Positions 58,576-64,000 of a DNA stretch of 64,000 bases are shown in pieces. The position numbers and the translations under genes were made by a program. Numbering within the stretch: position 1 is the first letter of the stretch; the number at the start of each line of letters is the position of its first letter. This stretch comes from Candidatus Cloacimonadales bacterium (lineage in GTDB: Bacteria; Cloacimonadota; Cloacimonadia; Cloacimonadales; JAIOQZ01). A model generated the notes under the pieces. It saw only the letters and a program-made list of their open reading frames with translations, had not been told where the DNA came from and ran no database searches. The stretch spans positions 1,274,543-1,338,542 of the forward strand of contig CALODV010000013.1 in assembly GCA_942492065.1 (NCBI GenBank), written 5' to 3'.

Positions 58576-59721
58576 ATGGATTATTTTTTAACTGAAGACC
58601 AGATAGAAATCAGAGATATTGCAAGACAGATTGCACAAGAGAAGATAAAGCCCCTGCGCGAGAAGTACGATGAAGAAGGAACATTCCCATGGGATATCGT
58701 GAAAATAATGGCTCAGACAGACCTTTTTGCTGTCCTGATTCCTGAAGAATACGATGGTATCAGTGGGAAAGTAATGGATCTTGCTATTGTTACAGAAGAA
58801 CTCAGCAAGGTTGATGCAGGTATAGCTCTTTCATTCGGAGCAACAGGTCTTGGCTTATACCCTATACTTCTTTCAGGAAGTGAAGAACAGAAACAAAAGT
58901 ATCTTCCTCAGATTGCTGCCGGAGAAAAACTTGCTGCTTTTGCTCTTACAGAAGCTAATGCCGGTTCAGATGCAGGCGGTATTGAAACAACTGCAGATAA
59001 AGATGGTGATTTCTATGTGCTTAACGGTACAAAACAATGGATTACCAACGGTTCAGAAGCAGACATCTATACCGTTTTTGCAATGACAAATAAAGCTAAA
59101 GGTGCACGTGGTGCTTCCTGCTTTATCGTTGAAAAAGGTACTCCCGGATTTTCATTCGGTAAAAAAGAAAATAAAATGGGAATCAGAGCTTCTGCTACAA
59201 CAGAATTGATATTTGAAAACGTAAGAGTTCCCAAAGAGAACATGATTGGAAGAGAAGGAACAGGGTTCATGGTTGCCATGAAAACATTCGATAAATCTCG
59301 TCCTATGGTTGGTGCTCAGGCTGTTGGTATTGCTCAGGGAGCATACGAAGAAGCTGCTCGTTACTCAAAACAGAGACACCAGTTCGGAAAACCTATTTCA
59401 TCATTCCAGGCTATTCAGTTCATGCTTGCAGATATGGCAACTCAGATTGAAGCTGCCAGAGCTCTTGTATATGCTACTGCAAGAATGATTGATAGTGGTG
59501 TTAAAAAATATTCAAAAGAATCTGCTATGTGTAAAACATTCGCATCAGATGTTGCAATGAAGGTAACTGTAGATGCTGTTCAGGTTCTTGGCGGTTACGG
59601 ATATATGAAAGAGTATCCTGTAGAAAAAATGATGAGAGATGCTAAGATTACTCAGATCTATGAAGGTACAAACCAGGTTCAGAGATCAATTATAGCATCA
59701 AACCTTTTAAAAGAATTTTAA
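58576..59721 (+). CDS. Acyl-CoA dehydrogenase (short/butyryl-chain type)
   Basis: 381 aa. Contains LTEANAGSDAGG, QWITNG, and C-terminal YEGTNQVQRSIIA. Confidence 0.9.
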   Translation: MDYFLTEDQIEIRDIARQIAQEKIKPLREKYDEEGTFPWDIVKIMAQTDLFAVLIPEEYDGISGKVMDLAIVTEELSKVDAGIALSFGATGLGLYPILLSGSEEQKQKYLPQIAAGEKLAAFALTEANAGSDAGGIETTADKDGDFYVLNGTKQWITNGSEADIYTVFAMTNKAKGARGASCFIVEKGTPGFSFGKKENKMGIRASATTELIFENVRVPKENMIGREGTGFMVAMKTFDKSRPMVGAQAVGIAQGAYEEAARYSKQRHQFGKPISSFQAIQFMLADMATQIEAARALVYATARMIDSGVKKYSKESAMCKTFASDVAMKVTVDAVQVLGGYGYMKEYPVEKMMRDAKITQIYEGTNQVQRSIIASNLLKEF

Positions 59722-59743
59722 TGAGGTAGAAAATTGATAAAGG

Positions 59744-59776
59744 AAGCTGTCGGATTATTCTGACAGCTTTCGTTTT
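59744..59776 (+). terminator. Rho-independent terminator after the acyl-CoA dehydrogenase gene
   Basis: AAGCTGTC-10 nt-GACAGCTT followed by TCGTTTT. Confidence 0.65.
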
Positions 59777-59789
59777 AAATGGAGCGCAA

Positions 59790-60896
59790 ATGATCTATCT
59801 ACTGTATTCAGCTGACTATGAGGTTTTCATGGGTAAGAATAACCTGAAGGAAGCTGATGTTCTGGTGAAACCCACATATCAACTGTTAGAGAAATGTAAC
59901 GAACTGGAAATTCCCATGACCTTCTTCTCAGATGTTCTTTGTTTGAAAAGATACCGAGAACTTGGTATGAATGAATTTCCTGATCAAGTTGACACCCAGA
60001 TGAAAGATATGATAAAATCCGGTCATGATGTGCAGGTTCATATACATCCTCACTGGGAGAAAGCAGAGATAGAAAATGGACAGTGGTCATACGATCTTGA
60101 TAGATTCCTTCTCGGCAACTACTCATCAAACTCAGGAGAAGTCCTTGAATATACTGAAAAGTTAGTAAAATCTGTAGTTCAATATCTCACCGATCTTCTG
60201 AAACCGGTTAACTCTGACTATAAAGCTATTGCCTTCAGGGCAGGTGGATATGGAATTCAGCCTGAAACTTCTGCAATTATTAAAGCACTCAGGAATAGCG
60301 GAATCAAAATTGACAGCAGTGTTGTAACAGACATGGTTCTGAAATCGAACGTTAACAGTATCGATTTTACAAAGTATCCACAGGCATTGAACTATTATAT
60401 TTCGGAAGATGTAAGCTTTAATAATACAGATGGAGTGTTCGAGATCCCGGTGATCGGGCAGAAGGAACTGAGTTACAGGGAGGTGATTCCTCGCCTTGTA
60501 TCGTACATAGAAAGAACACTATTCTTGAAACCCAGGGGAAATCCCATCCAATTCAAGTCAGATTCTAAGAGTGGAAAAATATCCGGTATTCTGCAGAAAA
60601 TAAAGAATGAAACATGGAGACTTAGAAAAAACTGGTGGATTCTGGAACTTTCCGTAACTCCAACAAACATGTTCTATTTGACCAGAAACTTTCTGAAGAA
60701 GCAGGACTGGAAAAATCAAGATGTTTTCGTTTCACATAGCTGTCATCCCAAAGGTTTATATAAACCGCATTTTGATTCGCTGGAAAAATACCATAAAATG
60801 TTGAAAAAATATTATAAAGACAATATCCGGTTTATAACTTTCTCAGAGGCAGACAGAATAATCGCTCAGAGGTCAACACATGAAAAGAAAGCTTAG
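59790..60896 (+). CDS. Hypothetical protein, possibly of the polysaccharide deacetylase-like (glycoside hydrolase/deacetylase) superfamily
   Basis: The N-terminal region (LLYSADYEVF...IPMTFFSDV...HDVQVHIHPHW) loosely resembles metal-dependent deacetylase motifs. This is a weak assignment. Confidence 0.35.
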   Translation: MIYLLYSADYEVFMGKNNLKEADVLVKPTYQLLEKCNELEIPMTFFSDVLCLKRYRELGMNEFPDQVDTQMKDMIKSGHDVQVHIHPHWEKAEIENGQWSYDLDRFLLGNYSSNSGEVLEYTEKLVKSVVQYLTDLLKPVNSDYKAIAFRAGGYGIQPETSAIIKALRNSGIKIDSSVVTDMVLKSNVNSIDFTKYPQALNYYISEDVSFNNTDGVFEIPVIGQKELSYREVIPRLVSYIERTLFLKPRGNPIQFKSDSKSGKISGILQKIKNETWRLRKNWWILELSVTPTNMFYLTRNFLKKQDWKNQDVFVSHSCHPKGLYKPHFDSLEKYHKMLKKYYKDNIRFITFSEADRIIAQRSTHEKKA

Positions 60897-61809
60897 AAGA
60901 TTGCAGAAAAAAATGCAGCATAGCATTGTGCATTTTGTCAGAAAACCATTAGTTAAGAACTTTACACCTGAAGATGTGCATAAGGTTTTCGAGAAAATGG
61001 GGATAAAAAAGGATGATATAGTTTTCGTAAATAGTGCGGTTAACGGAATATGCAGACTCAGACCATCTGGACAGACTTCCAGAGAACATCTTGTGTCACT
61101 GCTTAAGGCAATGACTGAATCAGTCAGAACATTGATACTGCCCTCATTTTGCGTTAAAGGTCGTTCTATTGATTACTGGAAATCTGAGCCGATTTATAAT
61201 ATTCTAGAAACACCAGGTAGAACCGGTTATCTCACTGAAGTATTCAGAACAGGCTTTCCGGATGTAAAAAGGACTAATCACCCAAGTGAACCGGTTCTTT
61301 TATGGGGAGACTATCCATCTCAAATGGCAACTGATCACAAAAAATGTACCTTTAATCCCTACTCAGACATAAGTCCATTAAAATGGGTATATAATAATAA
61401 CGGGAAACTGATTCGGTTTGGACTTGGTGTCAATAAAGCTCCACAAATTATACATCTTGCTGATGCCATGATAAATGATATAGTAGACTTCAATTACTTG
61501 ATCAGAGAAAAGATGAAGGCAATTATTGTAAACCCGGATGGTTCAGAAGAAATCATATATGGGTTTCCTTATAATTCGGACTTGACCAGACTATATAACA
61601 GGCGATCTTTTATAAATACTCTGGGTTCTGAAAATTATGTAAGTCTAAAATATAAATTGTTTCCTTTCAGCAGTGTAGATATAAAACCAGCAGTCGATAG
61701 AGCAGTCATGATTGGGGTTAAAGCTGTGAAGGCTGGATATTTACCGCCATGGTTCGGAAACGGAAAAATTAAGATAGCTGAAATGAAGAGAAAGGGCTAT
61801 ATAAAATAA
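60880..61809 (+). CDS. AAC(3)-family (aminoglycoside N3-acetyltransferase-like) protein
   Basis: GIKKDDIVFVNSAVNGI...LILPSF...TGYLTEVFR...KRTNHPSEPVLLWG follows the conserved block order of the Antibiotic_NAT family. ATG 60880 overlaps the upstream gene by 17 nt. Confidence 0.55.
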   Translation: MKRKLRRLQKKMQHSIVHFVRKPLVKNFTPEDVHKVFEKMGIKKDDIVFVNSAVNGICRLRPSGQTSREHLVSLLKAMTESVRTLILPSFCVKGRSIDYWKSEPIYNILETPGRTGYLTEVFRTGFPDVKRTNHPSEPVLLWGDYPSQMATDHKKCTFNPYSDISPLKWVYNNNGKLIRFGLGVNKAPQIIHLADAMINDIVDFNYLIREKMKAIIVNPDGSEEIIYGFPYNSDLTRLYNRRSFINTLGSENYVSLKYKLFPFSSVDIKPAVDRAVMIGVKAVKAGYLPPWFGNGKIKIAEMKRKGYIK

Positions 61810-61977
61810 TCTGCACATATTATAAATAATTCTGACTTTTTTTCTTGACAGGTGTTATTTTTCGCTAAGTGTTTTGATGAACCACTTGTAGTGATCAATG
61901 CATTGTAAAGAGTAAGTTCGATTAAACTTGTTACGATTTTTTAACGAAATATATCATTGAGATGATGAGGTACGAAT

Positions 61978-63537
61978 ATGGAAAAGAAAAATCTAAAAGA
62001 AGCTATTTTAACCATTAACAAGGCAATATGCAAAAATATAACTATGTCTAATCTTGATAACAGGGGCTTTTTTTCTCAGAACATTTTGTCCCAACTAAGA
62101 AATTTCGTTGAATATATCGCTATTTTGATTCATAATAATGGGGTGGATGCTCCAATTGATTATGAAGACATTAAAAAGGGTGTAGAAAATCTTAGGACAC
62201 GAGGTGAATTAAGATTTATTAGATTATTTCATGATCTTCTGCAAATATCTGCTTCCCATTATACTCTTGATGAAGAGAACTCAGAAAGATTAATGCTTAA
62301 ATATAAGGAATATTTATTCAGACTAAAAAAAAATAGTCAAGACGAAGTTCAATATAGATATCATTGAGAATATTGCTGAGTTCCCTATTAATTCTGATTC
62401 AATTTTACAGGAATATTATGAGAAGATAGCCGAAAAGATAGATCACCCTTCCCGTAAAATGGAAAAGGTTGCCTATAGTGACAGATATTATATTCAAAAA
62501 ATAAAACCATTTTTCGTTAATTCAAGTGTTTACTACGAAATTACATATACAAGAGCAAGTGATTATGCAAGTAAATTTGATAGGATTATTTCGTTTACTG
62601 ATAAGGATATTTCATACTATTATGCAGTGAAGCTTGAAGTCAGTGAAACAACTATATTAATGTTGGGAAGAGAATTACCAATCCAGATTATTACTGATTG
62701 GGAAGTATCAATACGACCTTGTGAACTTAATAATTTCTCCAGAATACTTAGTCCAAGAAATAAAGTAAGTATAACTAAAGAGTATTATAATCTTATGAAT
62801 TACTTGAAACATTCAGGTAACAGCTTGGTCGATATTGCACATTATTCAGATAGTGATTTCCAAAAAGTTAGAAGCATAATTTCTAAAGGGGCTAAAACAT
62901 TTCCATTCTACGATGTTTTGAATAATTGTAGAATGTTGGTAAAGAAAAATAGAAATGGTCAAAATGTTATAAGGTATTTGCTTTTAAGAATGAATAATAG
63001 AATTATAAAGCAGCAATATCGTTCTGAGTCTTGTGATAAACTATCTTCACTTTTTCTGAAATATGGATGTATACCTTTTGACAAAATGCCATTCAATACT
63101 TCTTTAATACAACATAATCCAAGACTTATAGATTTATACGAGTGCATAGATCATAATGATAGAGAGCATGAGTTACTAGCAAGAAAGATAAAGAATAATA
63201 CAGAGAAAAAAGGTCAGATTTATACTACAAAAGATGAAATGAAAGATTTTCAAAACATAGATGAACTTATATATAGATGGAACTGTGCTTTGTACCGTAC
63301 ACATAACAATAGACGATTAGAAGTTTTCAATAATTACATTTATATAAAGGAGTACGAGGAGTATTCATGTCAAATAATTCGCGAGTTGCAGGATTTATCT
63401 AAACATGGATTTCGTAACTACCGAAAATCAGTAGAAAACTGGTTAAATACTGGAACATATGTAGTTGATTGTGAAGAAAAGAAAACTATAATAAAACAGA
63501 TGTTTGAAACATCTAAGGTCGCACTTATTTATGGTTC
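61978..63537 (+). pseudogene. Large uncharacterised ORF split by a frameshift in an A9 tract (62325-62333) and truncated at its 3' end by the second IS copy
   Basis: ORF 61978-62367 and the frame of ORF 62459-63553 (open from 62327) fuse if one A is removed: ...EYLFRLKKIVKTKFNIDIIENIAEFPINSDSILQEYYEKIAEKIDHPSRKMEKVAYS... The final residues DLSP* are encoded by IS sequence beginning at 63538. Confidence 0.75.
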
Positions 63538-63629
63538 TGACCTTTCCCCCTAAACTTGAACCATTCTGAAGTTTAGTATTCTTTGACATATAAAAGCAAT
63601 GATTTATAATATTTGCAAAGGAGTAAAGG

Positions 63630-63893
63630 ATGCGAAAAAGATTTACAGAAGAACAGAAAATAAGAGTACTCAAAGAGCATGAAGCTGGCAGAAAAGTAAA
63701 AGATCTTATACGAGAGCACCAGATTTGCGAGCAGACATTTTATAAGTGGAAGAGCAAATACGGTGGAATGGAAGTAACTGAGGCCAAAAGGTTAAAGTCT
63801 CTTGAAGATGAGAACAGAAGGTTAAAGCGTCTTTTAGCAGAACGTGATCTTGAAGTCGATGCATTAAAGATAGTACTGTCAAAAAACTTCTAA
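63630..63893 (+). CDS. IS3-family transposase OrfA (copy 2)
   Basis: The 87-aa product is identical to that of 1552-1815. Confidence 0.92.
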   Translation: MRKRFTEEQKIRVLKEHEAGRKVKDLIREHQICEQTFYKWKSKYGGMEVTEAKRLKSLEDENRRLKRLLAERDLEVDALKIVLSKNF

Positions 63894-63923
63894 AGCCCTG
63901 TCAACGTAAAGAAGTTGTCAGGG
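63881..63923 (+). promoter_or_regulatory. Programmed -1 frameshift signal (copy 2)
   Basis: A_AAA_AAC at 63881-63887, then stem-loop CCCTGTCAAC...GTTGTCAGGG at 63896-63923. Confidence 0.8.
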
Positions 63924-63934
63924 AGTTTAAAGAG

Positions 63935-64000
63935 ATGGGAATGAGTGAAAGACGATCTTGCCGTATAACAAATTTTCATAGGAGTTCGTTCAGATATAAA
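63935..64000 (+). CDS. IS3-family transposase OrfB (copy 2, N-terminal fragment cut by the window end)
   Basis: MGMSERRSCRITNFHRSSFRYK, identical to the start of the 680-1510 product. Frame is -1 relative to orfA. Confidence 0.9.
   Translation, partial: MGMSERRSCRITNFHRSSFRYK

Larger units (their letters stand above)
63538..64000 (+). mobile_element. IS3-family insertion sequence, second copy (partial; continues beyond the window)
   Basis: Starts with the same end TGACCTTTCCCCCTAAACTTGAACC. All 463 visible nt appear identical to the reverse complement of 1445-1907. Confidence 0.93.

Noticed and set aside
675-63538. The two IS copies might delimit a composite transposon.
   Set aside because: The intervening 61.6 kb carries core functions (pstSCAB-phoU, phoBR, glnA, pepT and a polysaccharide cluster). 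Copy 1 has its own intact 4-bp duplication within a single gene, which indicates independent single-IS insertions.
1-64000. Looked for CRISPR arrays, tRNA, rRNA, tmRNA and RNase P signatures across the window.
   Set aside because: I saw no regularly spaced short direct repeats and no conserved RNA-gene cores. This was inspection by eye only; tRNAscan, Infernal or a CRISPR finder would be decisive.

Overview
This is an AT-rich bacterial chromosomal segment. Three secreted proteins carry Por/T9SS-type C-terminal sorting domains, which suggests an uncultivated FCB-group or Cloacimonadota-like organism; that taxonomy is inference only. The window opens in the 3' end of groEL. Near each end lies a copy of the same 1233-bp IS3-family element with 4-bp target duplication, as in the IS407 subgroup. 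The two copies are in inverted orientation, identical over the visible part, and each interrupts a gene.

Gene content from left to right:
- an accessory stretch with an ATP-grasp-only PPDK_N protein, an exported protein and an orphan HNH nuclease
- an FG-GAP/T9SS protein and an orphan FtsX permease
- a tightly spaced run of genes: S4-domain protein, sigma-54-type response regulator, pyrimidine-dimer glycosylase, and a sensor with a DHp domain but no kinase ATPase domain
- a surface-polysaccharide cluster (three GT genes, one frameshifted at an A5 run; Wzy-like, Wzz, Wzx; PLD-family lipoprotein; ArsC/Spx-like protein)
- a T9SS cysteine peptidase with a coupled exported partner
- an Fe-alcohol dehydrogenase whose 3' end may overlap the start of a PAS histidine kinase
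- an Smr protein, a TAXI-TRAP transporter and a MalK-like ATPase
- a complete pstSCAB-phoU operon facing a phoB-phoR-sigma factor operon
- a GNAT acetyltransferase, pepT, and an MCP containing four 273-bp tandem modules
- an approximately 850-bp ORF-free region, a Nudix hydrolase and a large T9SS propeller protein
- thiF-thiS-ppnP-glnA-acyl-CoA dehydrogenase
- an accessory tail: a deacetylase-like protein, an AAC(3)-like acetyltransferase, and a large unknown ORF split at an A9 tract and truncated by the second IS copy.

No rRNA, tRNA or CRISPR array was recognised by eye. No single locus can be shown from sequence alone to be a novel system. The best candidates are the doubly inactivated large ORF (61978-63537), the HNH/PPDK_N cluster, the DHp-only sensor locus and the phoBR-sigma operon.
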